Shown: one piece after another, positions 52,939-64,000 of the stretch
Numbering within the stretch: position 1 is the first letter of the stretch
Layout of the letters: each line of letters starts with the position of its first letter
NCBI GenBank assembly: GCA_951406725.2
Contig: OX597815.1
Coordinates: 52,266,001-52,330,000 of the forward strand
Origin: Octopus vulgaris
Taxonomy: Eukaryota
Direction of reading: 5' to 3'
Length of the DNA stretch: 64,000 nucleotides
Made by a program: the position numbers and the translations under genes
Notes under the pieces: model-generated
What the model was told of the DNA's origin: nothing
The model's input: the letters and a program-made list of their open reading frames with translations, nothing else
Databases searched by the model: none

Positions 52939-53500
52939 GTTGGCAAGCAGGCAGAACTGTTAGCATGACAGGCAAACCGCTGAGTGGCATTTCGTCTGTC
53001 TTTACGTTCTGAGTTCAAATTCTGTTGAAGTCGACTTTGCCTTTCATCCTTTTGGGGTTGATAAATTAAGTACCAGTGAAGCACTAGGGTTGATGTAATC
53101 GACTAGTCTGCCCCTCCAACCCAAATTTCAGGCCTTGTTCCTTTAGTAGAAAGGATTATTATTATTACTAAAGATATTGCCCAAAATCCAATATTGTGAT
53201 GTGGACTGAAGATATTGTGTCTACCAGGTATCTGTACGGTCTGTCAAGTCACAAGGACCTCAGAACATGAAGGCAAATATTATTATTGCAGCAAGCTCAC
53301 AAAATCATTAGCATGCTGGGCAAAATGCTTAGTGGCATTATGTCTGTCTCCAAGTTCTGAGTTCAAATTCTGCCAAGCTGGGATTTGCCTTTCATTTTTT
53401 CAAAGTCAATAAAAATAAGCACTAGAGTTAATGTAATCAACTTACTTCCTCCTCACAAACTTACTGGCCTTGCATCAAAATTTGAAACTGCTATTATTAT
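52937..53500 (+). mobile_element. Two SINE family B copies after (ATT)n
   Basis: GAGTTCAAATTCTG...GCCTTTCAT motifs. Confidence 0.8.
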
Positions 53501-54269
53501 CAATAATATTGATATGCTAACTTTATGTTTTTATACGTACCTGTTGTGTGCGTCACACTTCAAAGAAGGGGCAAAGTGAGAGAGAGGAGGACAGAGAGGA
53601 AGTAAGAGAGAGTGAGAGTAAAAGTGAGAAAGAGAGAGAGTAAAAGAGACAGTATTCATTTTGTGTTTTTAAATGTTTCAGAGAGGACGTAAGAGAGAAA
53701 GAAAGAGAGTGAGAGAGAGAGAGAAAGAGAGAGAGAGAAAGAGAGAGAGAGAGTGAAAGAGACAGTGAGTGGTGATGGCGTTCATCGCAAGAGAAGTAGT
53801 TACATAGATATATATACACATTGTTAAATCAAAAGTGGGAGACAAGATGGACACAAAGGAAGTGAAAGAGAAAGAGAGAAAGTGAGAGAGACAATAGATA
53901 CATAAATCCAAAGAAAAGTTCATACATAGATACATACACACAGCAATTATTGGATGTCAGTTTCACTTTTCATTACTACACAAGGATAAAATCAACTCAC
54001 AAGTGGCTGAGTACTCCACAGATATGCATAACATTAAAGTGGTTCTCAGAGAGATTCAGCCTCACACAGAACATGACAAGGCTGGCCTCTTCGAATTACA
54101 GCTACAACTCGAGACATATATATATATGAATGTATTTGTGTGTGTGTATAGTATAGGTTAGTTAAAACATGTTTGCAATAATAAGTGTTGCGTGGTGGAA
54201 ATATACAGAATTATCAAACTTTCATTCATAAATCCATTTATTATTTTGTTCTTTTGCATTTCAATTTGT

Positions 54270-55076
54270 ACATTTGTACCCAGAAATTTTCAACAATTGC
54301 ACGCTGGAAGAAATGGGAAAATGAGTAATTTTATCTCCTAAAAATTCTGTCTTGCAATAAATGAAAAAGTTCTTAATATTATACCAGAGGCACTTAAAAT
54401 GCACTTAAGCACAAATTCAGTATCCTGCAATAATGAAGAGGAGGCTCAGAACAATCCATTTGAATTCATAAACTCACTCAATCCGGCATGCCTCCTCGTC
54501 ACCTCAACTTAAAAGTAGGGGTTATTGTAATGCTGCTAAGAAATCTTTCAATCAGTCAAGGATTATGTAATGGAACTCATATGAAAGTGCAAAGACTTCA
54601 TGAACATTGTGTAGAGGTATCATTGGTAACAGGCTCCAACAGAGGTCGTACAGTTCTAATTCCCAGAATTAAACTTAGCCCAAGTGATGCAAATATTCCA
54701 TTCACACTAAACAGACTTCAGTTTCCGCTTCGACTATGCAATTCAATGACATGCAATTCAATGAATATGCAATTCAATGACAATTACTAAGGCTCAAGGC
54801 CAAACATTTGAAAAAGTTGGAATATATTTGCCTCAACTGGTATTTTCTCATGGCCAATTATGTTGCATTTTCAAGAGCATGAGCTATGAACAATATCAAA
54901 GTAAGAGTAATGACACTCAATTGGGATAACAGACAAGGCCAAAAACGTGGTGTGACATACACACAAAATATTGTCTACCATGAAGTACTGTGAGGAAGAC
55001 CACCACATCAGCCACTCCATCATTACGCATCCACATTACACCTTTAAGATCAGGGAACCAGTTAGGGGCCTACTAG
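54270..55076 (+). mobile_element. Helitron 3' part: Pif1-like helicase C-terminus (pseudogene) and CTAG end
   Basis: GMPPRHLNLKVGVIVMLLRNL...GLCNGT..IPRI..QFPLRL; MTITKAQGQT..VGIYL...FSHGQL; TQNIVYHEVL*; CTAG at 55073-55076. Confidence 0.9.
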
Positions 55077-55143
55077 ATCTCTTTTGGCATACTAGCAAAC
55101 CACAAAATCGCACCAGCCAGCATTACCACTAACTCCAAGCCTG

Positions 55144-55195
<52 letters not shown>

Positions 55196-55210
55196 ATATA
55201 TATGTATATA

Positions 55211-55246
<36 letters not shown>

Positions 55247-55689
55247 TGTATGTATGTATCTATGTATGTATGAATGTATGTATGCATGTTTGTATGTTTT
55301 TATGTATGTGTGTATGTGTGTGTTTGTGTCTGTCCTACCACCACCATTCCTTGACGACCGATGTTGGTGCATTTGTGTCCCTGTAATTTAGCTGTTCATC
55401 AGAAGAAACTGATAGAATAAGCACCAGCCTTACAGGGAATGAGTCCAGGGGTCAATTTCTTTGACTAAAGGATGGTGCCCCAGCATGGCCACCGTCAAAT
55501 GACTGAAACAAGTAAAAGAATAAAAAAATACCAAAAAACGTTCTGTACCGGAAGGTCCTTTGAATATGTACAATATATTTTAAGGTTAAATAGTAATTCC
55601 CTTTACGTTTGTGTAACAGATATTTTGGCTGGATTATATAGTCATTGGGGTTATATTACTTTCTATATTCTGTAACTGTCACAATATAC

Positions 55690-55931
55690 TTTTCTAGGCC
55701 TGAAAATTTTGTGGGGAGGGGGCCAGTTGATTAGATCGACCCCAATACACAACTGATACTTAATTTATCGGTCCCGAAATGATGAAAGGTAAAGTTAACC
55801 TTGGCAGAATTTGAACTCAGAATGTAAAGACAGACAGTCATAATATGCAAACATTTCTCATGGTACCAGTACACTTTTTACAGATGCTTACATTTTTAAA
55901 GTTTTCCATGAATTTTTCACGGGTTCAGCTA

Positions 55932-55966
<35 letters not shown>

Positions 55967-56546
55967 CATCATCATCATCATCATCATTAAGGCTGTGATC
56001 TGGCAGAGTGTTAGCACACTGAATGAAATACTTAGTGGTATTTTGTCTGCCGCTATGTCTGAGTTCAAATTCTGCCAAGGTTGACTTTACTTTTCATCCT
56101 TTCGGGATCAATAAATTAAATACCAGTGAAACACTTGGGATTGATGCCATCAACTAGTGCCCTTCCCACTAATTTCAGGCCTTGTGTCTATTGGAGAGAG
56201 GATTATCATCATCATCATTATTATTATTATTATTTTATCACATCCTTTCAGGGTTGATGAAATAAGTACCAGTTATGCACTGAGGTCGATGAAATCGACT
56301 ATCCCCCTCTCCCAAATTTTAGGTCTTCTGCCTATAGTAGAATGGATTTTTATCATTTTAGCATGTGGATAAAATGCCACTAAGTATTTTGTCTGCTATT
56401 ACATTCTGAGTTCAAATGCCATTGAGGTCAACTTTGCCTTTCATCCTTTCAAGGTCAATAAATTAAGTACCAGTCAAGTACTGGGGTTGATGTAATTAAC
56501 TATTTCCGTCCCCCATATTTCAGGCCTTGTGCCTATAGTTGGAAGG

Positions 56547-56591
<45 letters not shown>

Positions 56592-57620
56592 ATAATCATT
56601 ATGAAGGTGGTGGATTTGTCAAATTGTTAGAGTATAGGACATGTCTTACATATTTTAGTTATGGCTCTTTACTCTTTACTCTTTTATTTGTTTCAGTCAT
56701 GTGACTGTGGCCATGCTGGAGCACTGCCTTTAGTTGAGCAAATTGCCCCCAGAACTTATTCTTTGTAAGCCCAGTACTTATTTTATCGGTCTCTTTTGCT
56801 GAACCATTAAGTTACGAGGATGTAAACACACCAGCATCGGTTGTCAAGAGATGTTGGGGGGACAAACACAGACACACAAACATATACACACACATACATA
56901 TATATATATATATACATATATACGACGGGCTTCTTTTCAGTTTCTGTCTTCCAAATTCACTCATAAGGCTTTGGTCAGCCCGAGGCTATTGTAGAAGACA
57001 CTTGCCCAAGGTACCATGCAGTGGGACTGAACCCGGAACCATGTGGTTCATAAGCAAGCTACACAGCCACTCCTATGCCTAAGTTCACATCCCACTGAAG
57101 TTGACTTTGCCTTTTGTCCTGGTTTCAATGAAATAAAAGTACCAGTCAAAAACTGGGGACAAATTTAATGAACTAACACCTCTCACTAAATTTGTGGCTT
57201 TAGATATCATTATCATTATTAATTATCATCAAAGATAAGCAATTTGGCAGAGTTATAGCTTTGTACCATTTGTTCTGGCTCTTTACATTTCAAATTCAAA
57301 TCCTGCCAAGTTCAATTTTGTTTTTAATCTTTCCAAGGTACTATTTAAGTAATGGAATCAATTTATTCATCTCATCTCTTCCCCAAAATTTCTGGCCTTA
57401 TGCTTATATTAAAATTGATTATAAGGGGATGAGCTAGAATTGTTAAGAGCATTGGACAAAATGTCTAGTGGTATTTCTTCCAACGCATTACATTCACAGT
57501 TCAAATTCCACTAGTGTCAACTCTGTCCTTCATCCCCTGGGCTCAATAAAAGTACTAGTCACATACTGGAGTTGAAATAATTGACATAACCCCACCCATG
57601 TGCTTAAATTAGAAAATATT
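55690..57620. mobile_element. Cluster of about 7 SINE family B copies with a full family A copy (56665-57080, minus strand) nested
   Basis: Repeated GTTCAAAT..GACTTTGCCTTTCATCC..AGTACCAG modules separated by (ATT)n. Confidence 0.8.
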
Positions 57621-58309
57621 ATCAACCCCCTTCAAGTAATTTTTTTTTTTAAAGAATTTCAAAGATTTCACAAAAATGACACAGCTTTCTGAAAAGATAG
57701 ATGTGACCATTATTTCTTCAATGCTCCTTCCTTATCTTATTTTTCTTCATTCAGCAGGTGTATGTGCGAGTGAGAAGATTAGCATATTTAGCTAGGCATT
57801 CCTTCTTTCTGCCTCTGAAATAAGTTTGTTCTTTATGGTATTATAAAAGGTAACTAGTTTTGTATAATACAAACAAGTAGTTTGCTTATTGTGTTTTATT
57901 AAAAGGGGAGACAGGTGGTTAAAAACAAAAGACAGATATTTTAACCAATCACAATATTAGAATGATACTAGAAATTCATTTATCTTGAGGCATGTAAAGC
58001 TTAAAGTTCCAAGCCTCACTTTTTATCTGTAGATGAGGAAATGAGGTAAAAAATGATGTTTATGCTGGAGGCATGTAATCCCAGCTCAAACAACAACAAC
58101 ACTTTTACCCCATTTTTTCTATCTCATATGAAAAGTAGAAATTTGAAGAGTACACCTCTCATGACAAATGAACTTTATTTATTTTGTATTTTCCTATTGG
58201 CAGATTTTTTAGCTGATGTACATTTTCACTAGCTTCCTTGGATTCCAGAGTTTTGCAATCAATCTAGCAATTATGATCCTTAAAGTTGTAATGATCAATC
58301 TAGCAATGA

Positions 58310-58556
58310 TAAAACTCAGTCTGATAATTTTAGTGCTTTAAATTTCAAATTATTCTCTTAAATGCAGTGCTTATGTATTCATATTGTTTAGCATTAACCA
58401 TGCATTGGCTCATACTTTAAGGTTTCAATGATGTTATTGCTTATTTTTAGAGTATCAATGTAGGGTAGGTGTGAGAGGCTAGATAATCCAGTTTGAATGT
58501 AAAACAGGTAGAATATTTGGGCTGGATATGGCTGGTTTTAAATGCTAAAGGGTTAA
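58310..58556. mobile_element. piggyBac-type MITE remnant; inverted copy of its end at 58714-58750
   Basis: GATATGGCTGGTTTTAAATGCTAAAGGG-TTAA and TTAA-CCTTTTAGCATTTAAAACCAACCATATC. Confidence 0.55.
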
Positions 58557-59845
58557 CTATCACTTAAGCAATTGTCTCCTGGCAACCAATATTTTTAGAC
58601 CCAGTCCGCCACTGGCTACAATTGCTGTGCTACTAGTTACAGTTACTAGGTTACTAATTACAGTGACCTAGTTATGACTGCTTGACTGATTATTACAATT
58701 GCCTAAGTGATAGTTAACCTTTTAGCATTTAAAACCAACCATATCTGGCTATCATTTAATTTTTTTTTTTTTTTTTGTAAAAGTATTCTTTTCAACTGTC
58801 TACAAACACAGCCAGGCTGAAATAATTAATGCATTCTTCTAGGGGTGAATAAAAAATTCTCAAACTTATGGGAATAGACCTCTTAGATATTAACAAGGGC
58901 CCCCATATTTGGATTCTAATGGTGTAGGGGCCCACTTGCTGTCAGGCAAGCTGGCAACCCGGCCAGTCCACTACTGATTTTAACTATTAACCAAGCAGTT
59001 ATGACAGTGAACTAATCAATTTAACTAGCAACCTAGCAAGTGTAATTTTCAATCAAACAACTGCAATTGTCATTTAGACAATTATAACTATCAGTCTATC
59101 AGTCCTATTAGTTATGGCAAATTTGGGGGTGTATTGTTGAAATATTTGCTTCAGTGATATATCTATTTGCATTTTGAAGGATTGATTTGAGGGAGAATTA
59201 ACTGCTATTCTTAGCAAGTCAAATGATCACATAGTAATTCACAATCTTCAGAGAATATGCTGTGATACTCATCACAAGGAGAACAATGTAATGTTTACCA
59301 TTAATGCAGTGACAATAACCTGGCACCAGAACCATCATATCCTCTGTTACCAATACTATCCCCACCACCATCATCACTACAATAATCACCAGCACCAGCA
59401 CGACTACTACTGCTACTACTTCTACTACTACTACTTACCATCACTACAAAAACTATCATTACTATCTCTACTACCTTTGCTATAACAGGTACAAATACCA
59501 CTACCATCACTACTACTATACAATGACAACTGCCTTCAGCATAACCACCACTAGTACCACTACCCTCACTACTACAATTAGAGCTACTGCAACCACCACC
59601 ATAACCATCACTTTCTATAGCAACACAATTACCACTGGCATCAATACCATCACCATTGCTACCATTCATACTACTACCATTCATGGATTTTCTTTACTAA
59701 ACAACCAGCACAGATGATTTGTTTACAGTGATCAAATGTTTTTATTGCACATGATCCCACTCTCTCCAGTAAACCAGCATTGCTTGAGCTGGTGCACAGT
59801 GTGCTACAGGTCAGATGTTGAAGTATTCATAGAACTACATGGAAT

Positions 59846-60440
59846 GAAGTTTTGTTGTGTCTAGGGAGAGTCATTATGCCAATATTATTAACACATGCAC
59901 TTGTTTAATTCAGCTCCTTTATTATTAGTCAATTGGTTAGATATTCAACTAACTAATCAATTGTTTGTTTAATTTGGTTAAACAGTCACCATAACAGACT
60001 AAATAATAAGTTATAAAAAATATTGCATGTAGCAACGAAAAAGCTTAGACAAACAAAAACAAAACAAATGACTTACTGTTGAGCCAAAGTTAACAAACAA
60101 TCGATTAATTAATTGGATATTTAACCAATTCACTAAGAATAAAGGAGTGGAATTAAAGCAGTGTGTGTATTAATGATATTGGCATAGTCCACTCTGCAGA
60201 GTGGTTGGTGTTAGGAAGGGCATCCAGACTTAAAAGCCATGCCAAAACAAGCAACAAAGCATGGTAAAGTCTTCTATCAGGCTGGCTCCTGTCAAACTGT
60301 CCAATTTATGCCAGCATGAAAAGTGGACATTAAATAATGACGATGATGATGATCAGGATGATGACGACTCTCCTTAGACACAACAAAATTTGTTTCAACA
60401 CACGAATTCACATAAAGAATCTTGCAAACCAGATACAAAA
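59846..60440. mobile_element. Old inverted repeat pair (PLE-terminal-repeat-like) with an RTE tail (60195-60366) inserted in the right arm
   Basis: TTTTGTTGTGTCTAGGGAGAGTC..ATGCCAATAT versus ATATTGGCATA..[insert]..GACTCTCCTTAGACACAACAAAA; related copies near 5815-5970 and 28370-28495. Confidence 0.6.
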
Positions 60441-60584
60441 AATGAAATGAAATTAAATGTTTTCCTCAAGATCACTCTGCACCACTTGCTCTTAGGAATC
60501 ATGACTGTCTTCTTGCAATTGTGAGTGCATCACCTTAACCAATGAGCACATGCCCTAACTACCATTATAACTACCATGATAAAT

Positions 60585-60800
60585 ACTGGTTTCAAATTTT
60601 GGAGCAAGGCTAGCAATTTTGGGGGAGAGGTTAAATCGATTACATTGATCCTAGTGCTCAACTGGTACTTATCTTATTGACCTCAACTGAAAGTCATCCT
60701 TGGAGGAATTTGAACCCATAAATTTGAACATAAAGACATGTGAAATTCTGCTAAGCATTTTGTCCAGCATGCTAACAGTTCTGCCAGCTCACTGCCTTTA
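60585..60800 (-). mobile_element. SINE family B
   Basis: Reverse complement of family B. Confidence 0.8.
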
Positions 60801-61461
60801 CCATAACTAATATTATCACCAAACTATTAATACTAATACTTTAACGAACATTACTAATAATATCGTAACTACTAGTACCATAACCATCACCACCACCACC
60901 ACCATAACAACAACAACAGCCAATTACCACAACCACCACTACAACCACTATCACAACCACCGTCACTACCATAACAACAACAGCAACAACAACAACAACA
61001 ACAACCAAATACCACCACAACCACAATCACTATCACAACCATATCGCCACCACCACCACCACCACCGTCACTGTCATCGCCACTGCCATCATTACCACAA
61101 CCAAATACCACAACTTCTACATCTAACCTCCACTACTGAACCACAACCTCCACTATCACCACCACAACAACAGCAACAACAATAGCATCAACAACAACCA
61201 CCATCACAACAACAATACCAACTCATAACCATCAATAAGAATTCAACAGCAGTGCTACTTTTGTTCATGTTGCAGCCACAGTTCTCCTCTTGCAGGACAT
61301 GTTGAAAGCTGACTCCTTTGCTGTCAGATTGATAATGATTGATGAGCTAATGAGGGGACCCCTTCACTGTTTTTTGATTTATATAGAAATAGCAGCCAAA
61401 CACCTTTTAAATCACACCCAACTCTCTAAATTAAAGAAAGGGCATATTAGAGAATACAGTT

Positions 61462-61670
61462 AAAGCAGTGAGCTGGCAGAATTATTAGCATGCTGGGCAA
61501 AATGTTTAGCAGCATTTTGCTCTGAGTTCAAATTCCACCAGGGTTGACTTTAACTGTCATCCTTTTGGGGTCAATAGAATAAGAACCAGTTGATCACTGG
61601 GGTCGATGTAACTGACTTGCCCCTCCCCTGAAATTGCTGGCCTTGTGTCAAAATTTGAAGTCAATATTAG
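61462..61670 (+). mobile_element. SINE family B
   Basis: GCAGTGAGCTGGCAGAA...GAGTTCAAATTCC...CATCCTTTTGGGGTC. Confidence 0.85.
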
Positions 61671-62339
61671 ATGATACAGTTCTGCAATCCTTTCAAAATG
61701 CTTGATGACTATGGCTAGAGTACATTAGAATATAGGTCTGCTTGATCATAAGTGACCAAGGAATAGACAAAGGATTCTCTGTATAGTCACACAACCTGCA
61801 AGAAGTGACAGCCAAGTCTTCCTCAGAACATGGTAAAATATCTTAAGATAAAGAAGGTTGCATTGGATAATGCAGTCCTAAATACTGTCTATCTGTCTGC
61901 CTGTCTGTCTGCCATTCTACCTGTTTATCAGTCTGTCTGCCTATGTATTTATCTGTTTGCTTGTCTACTTGTCTGTCTACATGTCCATCTATGTTTTGTA
62001 GGTACACACACCATACACACATACATACAAATAGACATGTATACATGCATGTGCAAATACACACACACACACAAACATAAATATGTGGTTTTCTATAAAG
62101 TTATATGTCTTGCAAACAACTTGCACATGCAAGTGCTACCAGTTAAAAGCTCTGTATACTGGAAGAAATATAAAATTTTCTTTCAAGCTATATATATATG
62201 TTATATAATGTTATATATGTTGTATATGTTATATAATGTTATATATTTAACATTAGACTGGTTCCAATCCTGTTCATGATCCCTGCAAAGGTGGAAGCAT
62301 TTCTCTAGTCTGAAGGTGGAAGCATTTCTCTGGTCAGCA

Positions 62340-63610
62340 AATGGAAAATTCCATGTTTCTAACAGGAATTTTCTCTGATGAGGGCACTGATTAAACATCT
62401 GTTTTTTAGAATTTAAAAAGTTCCCCAGGTCAAGTGAGTTTTCAGGATTCTTGCTCTTTCAGTCAAACAAAGCTTACAACATTTGCTCCCACTGAGGTAT
62501 GGTCCCAGTTGTTTTAGGAGTGCCTCTAGTTTTGTATGGCGTACCTTCTTTTTTTAAAGGTCATACATAGCTGGCCAGGGATGTGATGTTATATCTCTCT
62601 GGTATCCTAAAATGATGCTTGAATGGGCTGCCTGTAGAACCAACATATTTTTGTGATTGTGCCCTTGTGCTGGTGGTATTACAGCTGTTGTTGCTGCCAT
62701 TATCATTGCCAATGCTGCTGTAACTGCTAGATTAATTGCCAGTGCTGCTGTTGCTGTTGTTGTTCTTGTTGTTGTTCTTGTTAAGCAACAAGATGGGTAA
62801 GGGTGATTAGGTGATGGTCTAGGGCTTAGGGATGGGAGACCCCAGACCTTGGAAAAAAAAAACTTTGGTCGTCTTGTTGTAGTTGAGGGCTCATCACTGA
62901 TGCCTGACACCACTGGGAGGTGACCCTCGAAGTCGCTGGAAATGGAGATCTCCAGGTCCAAATTCTTGAACGGCTGCTGCTGCTGCTGCCACTGGTACTG
63001 GTACTTGTTTCGCTGGTGTTGCTGCTGTTATTTCTGGATGTGATGCTGATGTTACAGTTGCAGCCAACAAAAGCCTCTGTTGCTGCTACTGTCAAATGTA
63101 TTTCTGGTGCTGTTGTTGCTGTTTCTATTGCTGCCATAGCTGCTGCTGCTACTTGACATGTTGCTAGTGTAATTACCACCACCTATACAATTGCTGTTGC
63201 TGCTGTTATTATTGCTGGATGTGTTGTTGCTGTCAATGCTAGCTACTGCTTCAGTCACTAGTGCCAGTCAACCTCAGAGTTGCATTGACCATTCACTGGG
63301 TACTCGCTGTTAACCCTACATGAGCATACTGCCTCAGGGCTTGGTTAAGGACTGTGCACTAATAATTTTTAACCCTGGTCACACAACTAAAAGAAATCCT
63401 GCAGTCGAGTGTATCAGACAAACACCTCTTTTTATGTGACTGTGTGAAGTGCTTGTCCACTAATCTGAGGAATACCCTTCCCACACAAGTCTTGACATTG
63501 AGAAGGATGGGGCATATGAAATAATTTCATGGTGATGCTTCCTTTTGTAGGTTTTAGAGTTAGGCATATAGGAGATGCGGTCCTTAAACCCTTAAACCCA
63601 CTGGACACCA
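62340..63610 (-). mobile_element. Penelope-like element linker and GIY-YIG endonuclease, split by a low-complexity insertion
   Basis: NVKTCVGRVFLRLVDKHF..SH; CSCRVNSEYPVNGQC; KYVGSTGSPFK; TSLASYV*.LK; CKLCLTERARIL; LNSKKQMFNQCPHQRKFLL. Confidence 0.85.
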
Positions 63611-64000
63611 AATATATATACACGCACATACATACATGTATATATACACATGTATATGTATGTATATATATTTTAAGGCAGTGCTCCAGCATAGTCACAG
63701 TCAAATGACTGAAACAAATAAAAGAGTAAAAGAATATATATATATATCTATATATACATACATAATTGAAATCCTATATAAAAGACTTGAAGTAACATGT
63801 GATCCTGTTTTCTTTTTCTCTCTTTTTCACTTGTGTTATATATGTCAAACTTACCTTATGAATACATACACCAATATATTTTCAGTTTAACAATAATATG
63901 AAAGCATTTATTCTGTAGAAGCGCATTTTCATACTTTGATTTTCTTATGTATAAATACATAAAATAAACTATATTCTCCTTATGTTAAAAAAATTAAACT

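Noticed and set aside
54488-54790. Host PIF1 gene
   Set aside because: Frameshifts, stops and a nearby CTAG end fit a dead Helitron.
62370-62400. CTGATGA as a hammerhead core
   Set aside because: It is the antisense of the PLE C-P-H-Q-R codons, with no GAAA or stems.

Overview
AT-rich, microsatellite-dense eukaryotic DNA. The SINE families resemble those known from octopus (an inference from recalled repeat sequences). I found no recognisable intact host protein-coding gene; most listed ORFs are microsatellite artefacts or transposon relics. The window is a mosaic of three tRNA-derived SINE families, RTE and Tx1/L1 LINE fragments, a decayed Ty3/Gypsy element, Tc1/mariner, hAT, piggyBac-type and Helitron elements, and about a dozen Penelope-like element (PLE) remnants. 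The most striking hidden structure is a set of long inverted repeats and terminal repeats carrying minimal type I hammerhead ribozyme motifs (CUGANGA...GAAA...NUH) in several unrelated sequence families, some with intact cores. Other oddities are a 19-bp minisatellite born from a mariner transposase motif, a mariner nested in a Tc1 element, a low-complexity block splitting a GIY-YIG domain, and a 2-kb GAA tract with higher-order structure. All coordinates and translations were read by eye and are approximate for degenerate elements.
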